This document shows, piece after piece, positions 51,101 through 63,339 of a DNA stretch of 64,000 nucleotides (the first letter of the stretch is position 1; the number at the start of each line of letters is the position of its first letter). Source of the stretch: Raillietiella orientalis. Its lineage: Eukaryota. The position numbers and the translations under genes are program-made. The stretch is taken from contig JAYWIR010000016.1 in the NCBI GenBank assembly GCA_036172245.1, positions 1,674,001 to 1,738,000 on the forward strand, given 5' to 3'. The notes beneath the pieces are model-generated. The model saw only the letters and a program-made list of their open reading frames with translations. It made no database searches and was not told where the DNA came from.

Positions 51101-54100
51101 CGCTGCTGATTCCTCTCGGCTGTCTCCAGCGGGAAGGCCAGAAGAGCTCCTTCGCTACGCAGCATCCATCGCTGGGAACTTAAGCCTCATCGACCCCTTC
51201 CTTCTCTTCCGCGTTCTTGGAGCTCCCTTCCCTCTTCTTCCGTGGTCCCTCCCTTGCGATCCAGAGAATTCTTCAGGTCAGCAGGCGGAATCTGGGTCGC
51301 GGGGTCCATGTCCCGAAGACCTTTCGCTCCAGCTTCGGCTCGCAGCGTGCGGGAACCCCGTGGCTCCCCCCGTGGGCCTGTCATGAACATGCCCTCTCGA
51401 AGCTCACATTTCCTGGAAGGATCCCAGCTTGCCGGTGGGTCACCGTCCTGCCCTTCCTACGGGAGGACAGTGCTGCCGCAAAGAGTGCTGTTTTTTGACT
51501 CCCCCGAACTGCAGGAGGGCAGCTCCCAGCTCCCAGAGGTGTAACCGCATCCGAGAATCCCCATCTCAAGGCTCACTCCCTAATATTTTCCGGGAAATGC
51601 CCGCTTACTTGATCTTCGCGACGAAAGAAGACGAAGGGCTGCAACTTTGTGAGCGATGCAGCCTCCTCTTTTTGGCTCTCCGGTTCGAGCTGAGCGACTT
51701 TTATCCATCCCCAAAGGCACTAACTATGTAGAAGGATGTGGCAGCCGGCCTGCTCGCGTCAGCTGGGGAACATAGACGGGACTTCCCGGGCGAGTTCCCG
51801 ATACCTCTCAGCAACTCTCCTCGAAACTCGGACCGGAAACTGCGGAAGCGCCGTTAGAGTCTCTCTCTCCTGTAGAATCTTCGACTCCCCCATCTTGATC
51901 GCCACCGCTAGAGGAATGTGCAACGCGATGTTCTCAGGGGTCGAGCAGGAATCCCTTCGTTCCTCATCTTCGCCATTTGCTGGATCGTCTCTTGTTCCTG
52001 TGGAAGACGGCCTTCAGCTGCACCAGCCAAGGAGCCATGGGAGCGCTCAGCAATGCGGTTGTTCGGGACAACACGCTACGCAACGGGCCGCACCCGGTGA
52101 CTTGCAAGCACGAAGCGCGCGCGCTCTCCCCTCCCGTGCTACCCAGTGCACCTTGCGCACCTTTCTAAAATCCGAAGGAAAATCCTTAGAAAAGGAGTTT
52201 GAAAAGCGAGAAAGAAAAGGAGCCACCTCATGCCGCTTGCGGGAACGTCTGGTTCCATTACTTCCGGAACCGAAAGTCCATCCTCCGAGACCAGCTCTGG
52301 CTGGTGCTGGAGTCCAGAGGAGGAAGAGGCGGAAGAAACGTGCTCAGTGTTTGGCAAAGGCAGCAAGCGATCACCAGCCAAACGCAGCTGCCTCCCGGAA
52401 GCATGCACGATCATCGCAGTCTCTTTTCCAGAAGATGGATTCCACAGAGTCCTGGAGAGAGCTCTGTCCACGGACAGAGATTCGCTCCCAAAAGGTGCTT
52501 CCTCATCTCGCGGCTTCGCTCCCCTGTGCGCCCGCGGAGGCAACCCGGGTGAAGTGCAAAGCCGGAGAAAATCTCGAGAGCCCCCCTCCCTATCCGAAGG
52601 GGAGGCAGGTGGACCACGGGCGCGGCGCTCGCGGGCCACCAGCGGGCGCCCGCTTCCTGAGGCGAGCGGCGGAGACCTCCTCCAGCTTTGCCACGGGCAC
52701 ATGACCCTTCTTTCGAAGGACAAAGTGCGTCGCTTTCCTTCAAACGTGCATGGGCATTCCACAAACCATGTTGTGCTGCTCCCTTCGACCTGAATGACAT
52801 ACAAGGGGGTTACGATGACCTCAGCGGATCTGATGCCTCTTTAGGAATTCTTGCATCATAAAGTGAACCCCTTCGAATATCTCGACGTTAAATATAGCAC
52901 TTAGAATCACTCCTCGAGAGCACGATGTGGAAGGGGGGATCTCGGTGCTCACCTTGGCGCGTAGAAACGAGAGGCTGATTTCCGTGAAAACGGCAGGTGT
53001 CATCGCCTCACAAACTCCTGCATAAATCCTTTAGGAATATGTATGGGATCACGGTCCGAATAGTCTCGTGGAAAGAATATCCGAGGACAGCTGTGACGTG
53101 GTCAAGGAACTCACGGCAGGAATTGAGGAGATTTCTTTTTTTTTTTTTTTCGAATTTCATTTGCTGGGAACGTTTGCTGCGTCACGGAAGAGGCACACAA
53201 TGTCTCTCTTCCGTTACGCAGCGAGCAGGGGAGAACAGAAATTTCTTTTGAAAAGTAGAAGATTAATGAAGCATTCATTGAATCTCTTCAGAACTCGTCG
53301 AAAACTCAATTTAAGCGTACGGGAGCTCTCAAAATTCGGTACTTAATACCATTGCCTCCTCCTGGCTCATTACAACTGGGTTGATTGGTTGCAACAAGTG
53401 TTATCAAGAGCGCGAAAGAAATTCCAGTAAGCAAAGGTATGCGTCAGATTGAGGTGCATTTTAACATCAGCATGCTCTCCCGAGGACTGCAGTGACCTAA
53501 CGTGTAAACCACGTGCCTTATTGCCCTCGCATTCGACGTGCTTTGCCCCTTACCCACCCGTGTGAGCGCACGCGAAAGAGATCCTCTGCGCTGAAGAGTT
53601 CCATCATTAGCATGCATGCGCAGTGGTCAACCCCTCCCACCATCGGATTACGACTGCCTTTGGCTGAGATCCCTGGAAAACCTGCCATCCCGAACTTGCC
53701 GATATTTCATATATACTTCCATCACTCCCCTTTCCCCCCCCCCCCGTAGGTGAAAGGAAAAGAAGGAAAACCTGCATTCCTTTTTATTTCCATGGAACTT
53801 TCCCATCCAGGAGGAAGCACCGCAAGAAAATTTGGATTATCAAGGATGCTACAAGAGCGCGCAATCTGCATCCGCGGCCGTCAAGCATCGAAGAATTCGA
53901 ACACCGTCAGCTTAGGAAGATAAGTGCGAAATGTTATGGAAGATATTTGACATTTATCAGGCTTTGCTGTTTGCTTTGGATGTTCTCACGGTTGGGTAAT
54001 GGTAAGCGGCATGTGCCCTGCGTAATAGCAAGCACGGAAGAAGTTGGAACTCGATAAGCTCCAGAAGATTGATTTCGACACCAAAATCAAGTCGCCTTGC

Positions 54101-54111
54101 TCACAAGTCTT

Positions 54112-54117
54112 TTTATT
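54112..54117 (-). promoter_or_regulatory. Polyadenylation signal (AATAAA) of globin A
   Basis: AATAAA about 50 nt downstream of the TGA; the same context AATAAAAAGAC follows globin B. Confidence 0.75.
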
Positions 54118-54167
54118 TAATTGGTATACAACAAAAAATGTACACGATGAATTCGGCGTTCCGACAA

Positions 54168-54302
54168 TCAGACGTGTTTCAGCATTTCGCTGGAGATGTC
54201 TGCAAACACCTTTTCCAGACCCGTACAAGCAACTTCTTTGATATCTGGATTGTTTTCCTTGAGCCACTGCTTCAGGTAATCAGAAAATAATTTTCCTACA
54301 GA
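54168..54302 (-). CDS. Globin A, coding exon 3 (SVGKLFSDYLKQWLKENNPDIKEVACTGLEKVFADISSEMLKHV*)
   Basis: cctctttccAG acceptor, 135 nt to TGA; G/H helices; spliced CDS 453 nt = 150 aa, frame intact. Confidence 0.93.
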   Translation of the reverse strand, partial: SVGKLFSDYLKQWLKENNPDIKEVACTGLEKVFADISSEMLKHV

Positions 54303-54678
54303 CTGGAAAGAGGAAAAACAATGGAACACCCCGAGTTGCTTGGAGCGATGGAACACCCCCAAGCATACACCTCCGCACCTTCCACCCCGAGGCCTTACAT
54401 GCGCAGAAACCGAAACGGGCGTTCCCCGAGCAGCGGTTGCTCAGCTTTCTGTGCGCTCAAGACTAAACTTTTTTTTTTTTTTTTCCTTTAGCTCGAGAGA
54501 AGAGGGGTTCCAAGAACAGCAGGGGGTTTACAGAAGAGGCAAAAGAGGCTCGCGCAACCACGCTACGTCCACTCTCTCTCATGGCTGCCTCGGAAGGCAT
54601 GTTCCATTCGCCGGTTCACATTGCATTCAACAACACTGATCGCATTACGACTGAAAATGAAATCCCGTCAGAACTGAC

Positions 54679-54904
54679 CAGAAAATCCACTTTGGTGAGG
54701 TTCATGTTTTTATGCTGCTTTCCCGCTTTTTCGCAGAATGCACTGAACAGCTCCGGGTCATCTGCGTGCGTAAACATATTATTCAGACTTGACATAAAGA
54801 TATTGGCATGGGCTCGGAGCATCTTGACTTCCCGAAGACTGTCAAGAGGCACATTCTTCAGGAATGCAAATAGAGGAATATACTTCGGATAGGTTGTGAA
54901 CAGC
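54679..54904 (-). CDS. Globin A, coding exon 2 (G + LFTTYPKYIPLFAFLKNVPLDSLREVKMLRAHANIFMSSLNNMFTHADDPELFSAFCEKAGKQHKNMNLTKVDFL)
   Basis: ttttcgtAG acceptor, GTCAGT donor, 226 nt; Pro C2, Phe CD1, distal His E7 (LRAH), proximal His F8 (GKQH), Phe G5; intron at G7.0. Confidence 0.96.
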
Positions 54905-55599
54905 CTACGAAAAAGAGCACATGAGAAATGGAGGTTTGTCCGTCCGTCCGAGGCTGCGCGAGCATTCTGGTGCCAACTGGTCTGCAGCCCAGAGGTGGCT
55001 GCAAAACTGTTGCGACCACCGGAGGTGTGCGAACCCATGGGAAATCTTCCTGCTGCGGACTCCGCCGTCACCGTGTAACATAACCGTCCGGGGGACGCGC
55101 GTGCACTTCCCGTTCACCACGCAACTCCTCCCCTCAAGACAGGCAGGCAGGGTTGTACTTTCAACCGTACGAAATTCCTCGCGCGGACGACACTTTACGA
55201 AAGGTTGCGCCCTGTTTTCTCGTGACAGACAACTGGAACTTGGCGTTCAGCAAACGGCACGCCTCGTGGTGTCATGATTCGGATGGTGGCACCCCTTTAG
55301 GGAACACGCGCTTCCCGTTCTGTAAAGGGGTACCACATCTTCTGCCGTCTGCTCTACAGTCATCTCGTTGTGATCGTGGGATGTCGAACGGGACTCTGGG
55401 ACTTCGGCATTCCTGATGCTGGTCCGTAGTTATCGAGAAGAATTAGGATGAGGAGATTGGTCCTGATGCAAAAAGGACCACTCGGCTTACGGTTAGCCCT
55501 CGCGCGCGCTCAAGGCGAAGAACGCCGAAAGAGGAGGAACCAAGCAGTGAAAGGGAAGTGGAGGATGCCAGCGGTTTACAAGACTCGAGAACGACTTAC

Positions 55600-55691
55600 A
55601 TGTTGAAGAACTCCACACCATGATGAGTCTTGCTTTTGTAGATGGCTGACCACGCTTCTTGCAGAGCCTGCTTTTCTTCGTCCAAAAGCAT
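55600..55691 (-). CDS. Globin A, coding exon 1 (MLLDEEKQALQEAWSAIYKSKTHHGVEFFN + AT, phase 2)
   Basis: ATG at 55691, 92 nt, followed by GTAAGT donor; Trp A12, Gly B6, Phe B9/B10; intron at B12.2; same size as and aligns with exon 1 of globin B. Confidence 0.93.
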
Positions 55692-58600
55692 TGCCGAAAC
55701 AGTTGGTTCTAAAACAAGGAACTTGGAACTTGCACCTCGATCAACTGAAAGTACGAGAATGCCTCATGGGTTTCCGAAACTTCCGTTTTAAACCAGCTCG
55801 AACGTTTTTTTTTTTTTTTTTTAAATATTCCTGGTTTCGCTACTACAAAGTAATTCTACGGCGTTTGCGTCGCCTGACGTGACCATCCGCGAAAAAAGTT
55901 ACGAATTTCCGATACGAGGAAATGCCGCGCTTCGTTGCCGAAGGAAGTAAACGGAATTTTCGAGCGTTCACAGTTGGCTTCGAGTTCTGCAGGCACGAAC
56001 AGACAGCAGCGACCTGGCTGAGAGACGACACTCGGGGTCGCGCCGCCTTGGGTCGTCGGCATGCCGGCGGAGCCCACGTTACGATCGCACGACACAAAAA
56101 CACGAATGGTGTGCGGCAAGCGTTTTCGGGTTTCGAGTCCTCAAGAACTTACCAAAGCCAACTCTACCCCGAACGAGCACCAACTCCTTCTGTCAGAGTC
56201 CGTATCTGGCACAGAAGTTTAAACTCCCATAATGACCTTGGATTGATGTCGCTTTTGTTCTCGAAAACACCAATCATAATTTGAATTTTTCCTGGAAAAG
56301 AGATTAACCGAGGAAACCTCCCCCCTCCCCCCCCTCTGTTCCCAATATGCAGGCGATGTGTGTTCCAGTTAAGCCGAGCCGCCGCGCCGGGTGCGCTTGG
56401 TGTGATTTCCACCAAAACAAAAAAGGTTTCAGGGTCTCCAGGAGGGGGAATGGGGGGGGGGGAGGGGGGAAGGAACAGGGTTCCGTCTGCCAGAGACTCA
56501 AGGCTGACTTCCTCTCTGCGTTCCTCCATGACGTCCCGTGTGAAGTCATCATGCAAGTGTTCGGGATTCAAACAGTAAGGAATTTCTGCTTTTCTGTCGC
56601 TCGGGCCAATCATCCATTCCCTCCCTTCCTCTCCCCCCACCCCCCGCCTATCCACCACATCTCCATTCTCCCCGCCACATGATTGCCGATTCGGAGAGAA
56701 AGATGGAGAAGACACGTCATGCCGTTCGAGACGACTCTTAGTTCTGGCCAATTGCATGCATCCATCTGGAAATTTCCTGCGGCCTCTCTAGAAAAGGTCG
56801 CAACCACAGCGTCGGCTGTGGATCCAGGATTTCGTGGAGCCTTTCGGATGGGTCCAAAAGATCTCCATCTCACGGAGCGGTCGTTCCCAGATCGTAGATT
56901 CACGCGAACAGGAAACCATCGATGCGTGTCCCAGGGAGTTCCCGCCTTCTCGCCCTAGGTCCAACACCACCGTGTGCAGCCCAGAGGCGCCGCGTTTCTG
57001 TTCAAAGTTGGCATCCCGGAAGTACCAACGGTCGTCTAAAGAATTGCGCGTGATTCCAGGGAATTTTCGTCTCCTCCCATGGAAAGACGTACGGTCCGCA
57101 AACACCCCGAGAACTATTTGGACACTGCGCGGTGTCTCCGCTTGACTGCCATGTCGTGTGTTCACGGATCTTTCCGCGGCGGCCTGGCAACGTACGAAGC
57201 TCTGCACATCTGCAGGCAGTCGCAGATGGGAGGAGGTGATTCCTTCTGGAGAAAGCCTGCTTGCGGATGATGTGGGAAACCGGCAAGGGCAAGGAAGCTT
57301 CGTCGAGCCTTGCTGCAGAAGATCTTGGCGATGGGATTCACACGACGCATCCGCCAGTGCGCGTGCGGTGAGGTCAGTACCCGACCACTGCGGACACGGG
57401 AGAGTGGCGGCTCGAAAATGACGGCGGGAGTCGCGCAGCTACGGAAAGCACAAAAGGAAGCGCCTTACCATTAGGTCAAGAACTGCCCTCAGCTTTCTAG
57501 CCTCTTCGGACGGTGGCCTCCCTCCCGAAAGCATCTCTGGAAGAGATTCAAAAGAAGAAAGCGATGTGCTGAGTGGCAGCTGGTTGAAACACTCGATGCC
57601 TTCCTCGGGGGGGCACAGATTGAACTGTCCGGCGAAAAGACGCCGGTGCCCTTGGGGTGACGTAATTCTGGGGCTGCTAGTGGCACAGAACGCTCGTGTC
57701 TTTTGGCATTATTATGATCAACTGCATGAGCAAAAATGACACTCGGAGAGCCCAAACCGGCAATTAGCAAGTTTTCCTGCCTTTGTTTCTTTTTCATCTT
57801 TTCCTTTTTTTAACTCGATGCCTTGCGGGAAAACAAAGTTCGGAGCAGTTTTAAATACGCGCTGGCCGGTTTCGGGAGAGTGGGGGGAAATAGGCGGGCT
57901 GGATGCGTCGTTCGCAAAGCGGAAGAAGGTCATTATCGCTCCGGCAGTCCGTTATCCAACCACAACCACGCTTTTCCTCGGTTGACCAGCGCGGTCTTAA
58001 GCAAGTCCGGTGATTTCTGCCCGAGCTCCTCCCTCCGGCTCCAAGCGCGCGCAGGCAGAGGGATTCTTCCTGGGAACACCGAGCCGATGGCACTCTCTTG
58101 CACTCGCCACTTTCCGTCTTGCTTGAAGTACTTCGAGTGGAAAAGTCTTCCATGCCCCGAGCCTGGAAGAGCCTTCGCTTCCGCGTTCAGTTTCGGGGAG
58201 GACGGGGGGAGGGGAAAGAAATCCTTCCCCAAAGGTTGCGAAACCTCTTCCTTATCACCGCGGAAAGTGAAGCCGTGGATCGCACAAACTGATGATCACG
58301 GGGAAGAACGTCCCGAGTGCGAAGAGGGGGAAATCCGAACTTCTTCCGCCTTCGAAATCCGCATCGTTATTGCGTCTTGGAGGATTCCAGGCAACCGGCA
58401 GCGAAGTGTATCGTTGAAAATTAGATTCCGAGATAGAGGGTCCGAATCTGATTGGATTATTCGCACCTCCAGCTTTTGAACTGTGAGCCTGCTGCACGAC
58501 GAGGAGGAGAAGCGAATTTTCCTTGTGCCTCCTGCTCTTTACGCTCCAAGACATCCCTTGATAAGCGCTCGGCTGCGGAGGCCATTTTGTTTGGTACATT

Positions 58601-59829
58601 TCATTGTGATTTTATTGGATTTGTTGCTGTAGTTGTTTCGTTCCCCTTTCTCATCAACGTCAGCTGCGAGTTTTATCACGATTCAAAGCAAATCGGAAAT
58701 GCAGCGAGGCCGTAAAATTGTACAGGCGTGCATGTGTACAGGTAGGTTGTCGGTAACGGACGGGCGTAACTACGCTCGGTCAGGACAAAAATGAGGTGCA
58801 GTTCTTAGCTTGGGGAGCCCCAGCTCCTTAGCTTCTTGGTTTTCCTCTTGGTTCCTGTTTTGGGGGGCAACACGCGCTGGTGGAGCGGCATCTGGTAGAG
58901 GCTGACGCCTGCGCCCAGCGGTGCTGTGTCGCTCGAAAGAAGACAGCTGCCCTCTTCGGATTTTCGGAAAGGCTCAGCGTCCAGCCGAGGTGTGCTTTGA
59001 GGACGTCAGTTTGAGGACATCGCCTTCAGGATGTCTTCTCGTCAGTTTTCCATCAAAGTCTTCGTCTAAGTTCCAGACGCAGGTGGATACGCGTGGTAGA
59101 GTGAGTGTGCCATGCATGCGAGTAGGGACATTTGGAGCGAGAGGGAGAGAAGGAAGAATCTCTTGTCTTTCCTGAGGGATATTCTAGAGAATTTCCCGCT
59201 AAGCATGAGGAGCACGCGGTTTCCGTGGTTTCTTTGACTGTCCCAGATGTCGTGTGCAAGAGATCTTTCGAGCTGATCTTTCAGAAGGGGACCATGTCAG
59301 CTTCGTTCGACAGGGTTCCCTTGCAGAAGAAGGACGAGATCTGACCGGCTGTGACTGAGAACGGAAAAGAAGGAGATGAAGAAGAAGAAGGACAGTTAGT
59401 TCAGCGATCTGAAGGAAAGGATTCTCCCATCCAGATGGGACTATGATCAGGGAAATCCCTGGCGAGAGAATTTCAATCTCTTCCAGCGCGAGCAAGGCTG
59501 GGGCCAATCCGAGCATTGAGCAGACCGTCGAGATGGCTGGGAAGCTCCCTCAGTTTAGACCAGGTCCAGGGTTGCGCTGGCAGTTGCATGGATCGCTGTT
59601 GCGTGAGATTTAGGTCACGGATTCTAGGAACCAAGGTCGATGATCTTCGACGCTAAGGTCAACGTTCTTTCACTTCGAGCATTCTAGTGTCTTTCAAGGT
59701 CGATGATCCGCTCAAAAAAGCTTCTATTTCTTTCGAGCGTCTCTCTCGACTCTTTGCTTTCATTGGAAAATCGGAACTCGATCCTTAAGCTCGTGGGAAC
59801 GGATTCGAGGATGAGGAAGGAGAAGGAGA

Positions 59830-61300
59830 AATGAAGGTGTCATGAGCACGCGCTATGGTGCTGGAGGATCAGGGAACGGAGATTCCTGCTAAGTCCCAGT
59901 CGAGTTGCAAGATGCCAGCCACCTGACTCTGTTGCCTGCAGATGACAAGAGGTCCTCAAAAGGCTGACAGAAACGCTTGACAGCTGTTTAAATTCCACAT
60001 GAATCATTCTCGAAAGAGCTCCGTGGACTACTGGTCTCACTCTTTCTCACATTCCTTTCCCATTCTCTATCACTGCGCTCTGAGAGCCTTCGAGTCCCTT
60101 CGCGTCTCACCGTCTGCGGTCCTCCCATTCCGCTCGTGACACGGTGCCATGAAGCCCCCAATCTCCTGCCGTTTGGGTATGAAAGACAAAATTCGTTACA
60201 CCTGCAAGGCGTTGAGGAATTTCCGCTTAATCTGGAGCAGGCTCGGCGTCTCCGACAGGATGTGAAAAATCCCGCTATGCCTCCCAAAGGGCAAAGAGAA
60301 TCTTCTGAAATTTCGGTCTTCGGAGGATTTCACTTTTCTCGCGTTTGTTTTTGGTAGCTGCACAATTTATCCACGCTGTTCAGGGCAGAAAGCACCGCTT
60401 TCTGGTACGACCGGGGAAATGGCCCCACACGGACGAAATCCTGCTCGGAAGATGGTCGCTAAGGCGCCTACAGTCCGAAGACCGCAACGAGTAAGGAAGC
60501 TGGGATTCGGGCTTCCGTGAAACGCTGGTTTCCTGCATTGATCTCTGTTTCTGATGAAGCATTTTCTTTCAGTACCTCCGCAGGTTCACTCGACTCATTT
60601 ATTTTTGCTCCGTTCTTACATGACCTGTCGCACCTCGGGATTACACAAACGTGGTGCGATGCTACACGAAAGGTAGTCGAGCCGAGCAAGAAGAGGCTCC
60701 ATCTACCACTTCATGCGGGACCGAATGGGTGCAGCTGCGTTTCCAAGACCGAGTTAGGTATTTTCGCCGTTGAATGTGAGGCTCCAGAGAGTTTTTGCCA
60801 CGAGAAGCGAGGAGATGGGATTCCCAGAAGTCCTCCCTGAGATTACTCATCCAAAGGAAGCCTAGGTCTTCCCGTGACAGTGGATTCGGTGAAAGTTTGA
60901 ATGTCCCTTACAAGACTCTGGGAAGCGGTGGGAGAAGAAGGAAGGGATGTTTCCATGATTTCGAAGGTGGCATTCCAATTCAAAAGGATGTCGTCCATAC
61001 ACGCACCTTCCTTCTTCCCAGGAGAAAGTGACCCGTCCCCGGTTCCCCTCAGAAGACGTCTTTTCGTTCCTACTACTGTTTTCTGCAGCGATATGTCGAC
61101 GGTCAGGACGTGGTGGTTTCTGGGCGACAGATCAAACAGGGAAGAAGAAGGGGGGAGGTAGAATGGTATAGCCTCTCTCCAGGAGATATGGCAGCAAATT
61201 TCACTTAGAGAATGCTCATGATCCAGAAACTCCTAGGAGTAGATTTTCTCCCTTCGGGACGACTCCCCATAAGGGAAGCGAGAACTCCTCTCGAGTGGCG
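59830..61300 (-). mobile_element. Decayed LINE endonuclease/RT fragments
   Basis: VPQGSVLSP-like remnant near 60385-60415 and a downstream L.W..H remnant. Confidence 0.4.
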
Positions 61301-62789
61301 GAATCCCAAATTCTTAACCTACTACCATGAAGGCGTGAAGGCTTTCGCAAGGAGAAAACCAGTAAGCCGCAGCTATTTGCTTTTCTTGTCTTCGCTATTG
61401 GTGTCGATTCTTACTTAACCCTCGACCCTAAAAGACACATTACGGTCGCCAAGCGAGCGGGGACACAAAAGGCACGAACATGCCCACAAAAACATGTTCT
61501 GAAAGTCTTGTCGAGGGGCTGTCCGTCTCCACCACTGCGAGGGCACAGGAGGCGTGATCCTGAGTTCGAAAAGCGAGAAACCCATTGGCCCCGTCCCTCT
61601 TTTCCAGGAAACGGCGGCGTCCCGACAAACACCGCTCTCCTTCCTCTCCGACATCCTGCCAGCACACACCCCACCCCCCCACGCGGAGACAAGCGCGGTG
61701 CGGAGGCGTTTCCGTAGTCACCGCGATGGCTCTCCCCTTTCTCTCTCTTCCCCCACGAGACCGAGGTCACGCAAGCGAACGACGCGATGCCACGGGCCGA
61801 CTCGCAGCTAGCGCCGTTCCCCGACCGCCGAAACGCGGCAGACGAAGGCCGACGCCATCCATGGCGAGCGACGAGCACCGCCACCGCCAGCCTCTCCAGA
61901 GGGCGGCTGCTCCTCCGATCCGAAACGGGCGCTGCGTCGACGGGAGGCAAGACGGAGGAGAACGCGAGCTCGCAGGGAGCGCACTCGCCTCACCCCCCTC
62001 TGCGTGCATGCGCTCACCGGAATTCCCGGCTTCCGCCCCGTCCCTACGACTGAGCACACCCGAGCAAGGAAGTGGCGAACGGGTGCCCAGCATTCAGCCT
62101 GCCTTTCTGCCCGGACCGCTTCGTTCCCTCAAGTCCCGGCCAGTTCCTTACAGCCAGGAAACGAAGCGACGGAAACGAACCGAGCGAGCGCTCCAGTCGA
62201 GGCCGAAGGCAAGGGATTCGCTGGAAGCACCGACCTGGCGGGCGAGCCAAAGCAAGGCAAGGACGCGCCACTCGTCCCTTGCATTCGTCCACTCGTCGGT
62301 CAGGACACCGGAGACATGCCCACGGCAACAGACGACGACGACGAGCCAACCGATCCATCCCGAGTCCGGAAGGCGCTCGCCGCGGAAGCCGGCAACGAAC
62401 GAGCGCCACCGACTTGCCCGCATCCTGGAATTCCACCTGCGGTTCCGATCGCCACCGGAGCTCGCGCCCCCTTCCCCGGGAACGAGGGACGTCTTCCTGG
62501 AGACTCTACGAAGCGGAAGACCACCATGCTCAGTTCCAAGCGTCCGAGCGTGATCAACGAAGCGCGGCTTCGCTCGAAGAGGACGAGAAGCCACGAAGGC
62601 GAGCACGGCGGCCTCTTGTCTCCGCAGTTCCCGCGGGACAAGAGGCGCTTCCTGTTTCCTCCCGCGCACGAGGAGGCGATCGCTTCCTCATCCGGGCCGT
62701 CGACCGGCCGAGAGGACCGCTTCCCGCTCCCCATTCCACGACGTCAGGACTCCCCCGGCTGCCGCCCAAGAGCCGCGCTGGCTCCCTTC

Positions 62790-63110
62790 CTTAATGGAAA
62801 CGAGCATCTCTCTCGGAAATGCGTCTTCCCGGCATGCGCGCCGCAAGCAGCGGTCCGTCGTCAGCAGGCAGCTGACGAGGACCGCAGCCTCGCCCGGGGT
62901 TCGGCACGAGCAGCTACGAAGGGGCGCTCGCACCCTTCCCCTCATCGCTGCTCGCACCCTCGTCAGCACGCTCGCGCGCAACGAAAAGGCCGGCGCGGGG
63001 CCGTTGCCGTGGATCCCGGCCCACCAGGCCGAACGGGCGCCGCGACGTCCGCTCGACCTGCTTCCGTCCAGCTGGGTGCGCTCCTCCGGCGCGGCATCCA
63101 GCTGACCGCA
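62790..63110 (+). mobile_element. GC-rich decayed RNase H remnant (I-like LINE)
   Basis: LPWIPAHQA...LDLL (cf. WIPAH.G..GNE.AD.L). Confidence 0.45.
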
Positions 63111-63339
63111 CGCGCGACCGGCGCCCGCCTTCCCGCACCGCTCCCTCATCACCGGGTGCCGCGAGGCTCGCTGCCCCGAACGGGATGACGCATCGGGCAG
63201 GCATCAGCCACCCGCCGCGGGGGAGCGGAAGGCGAGGAAGGCCGGCTGCCCCTCCCCCATGCAGCATTGCTCTTCTCCACGGTTCGCGCTCGGCGTGCTC
63301 CGCGACGCTCGCTGAGAAAATCCCCGATTGCTCCGAAGA

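Noticed and set aside
51736..52704. 322-aa plus-strand ORF between the globins
   Set aside because: No recognisable domain or coding-like composition; probably decayed repeat DNA
54616..55071. 151-aa ORF as an intronless globin
   Set aside because: The length is coincidental; the N-terminal half lacks A/B-helix features and true exons 1 and 3 are found separately
61415..61430. Possible 13-nt micro-exon on the minus strand (ttttAG GGTCGAGGGTTAA GTAAG)
   Set aside because: Such short AG/GT pairs arise often by chance; no linking evidence
62990..63060. ARSAWWAGIH as a Gypsy integrase WWPG motif
   Set aside because: Same bases read WIPAH (RNase H) on the other strand with better context; no other integrase motifs
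61585..63188. Long plus-strand ORFs (322, 394, 240 aa)
   Set aside because: Stop-poor GC-rich DNA open in several frames at once, Arg/Pro/Ala-rich, no coherent domain beyond a short RNase H remnant
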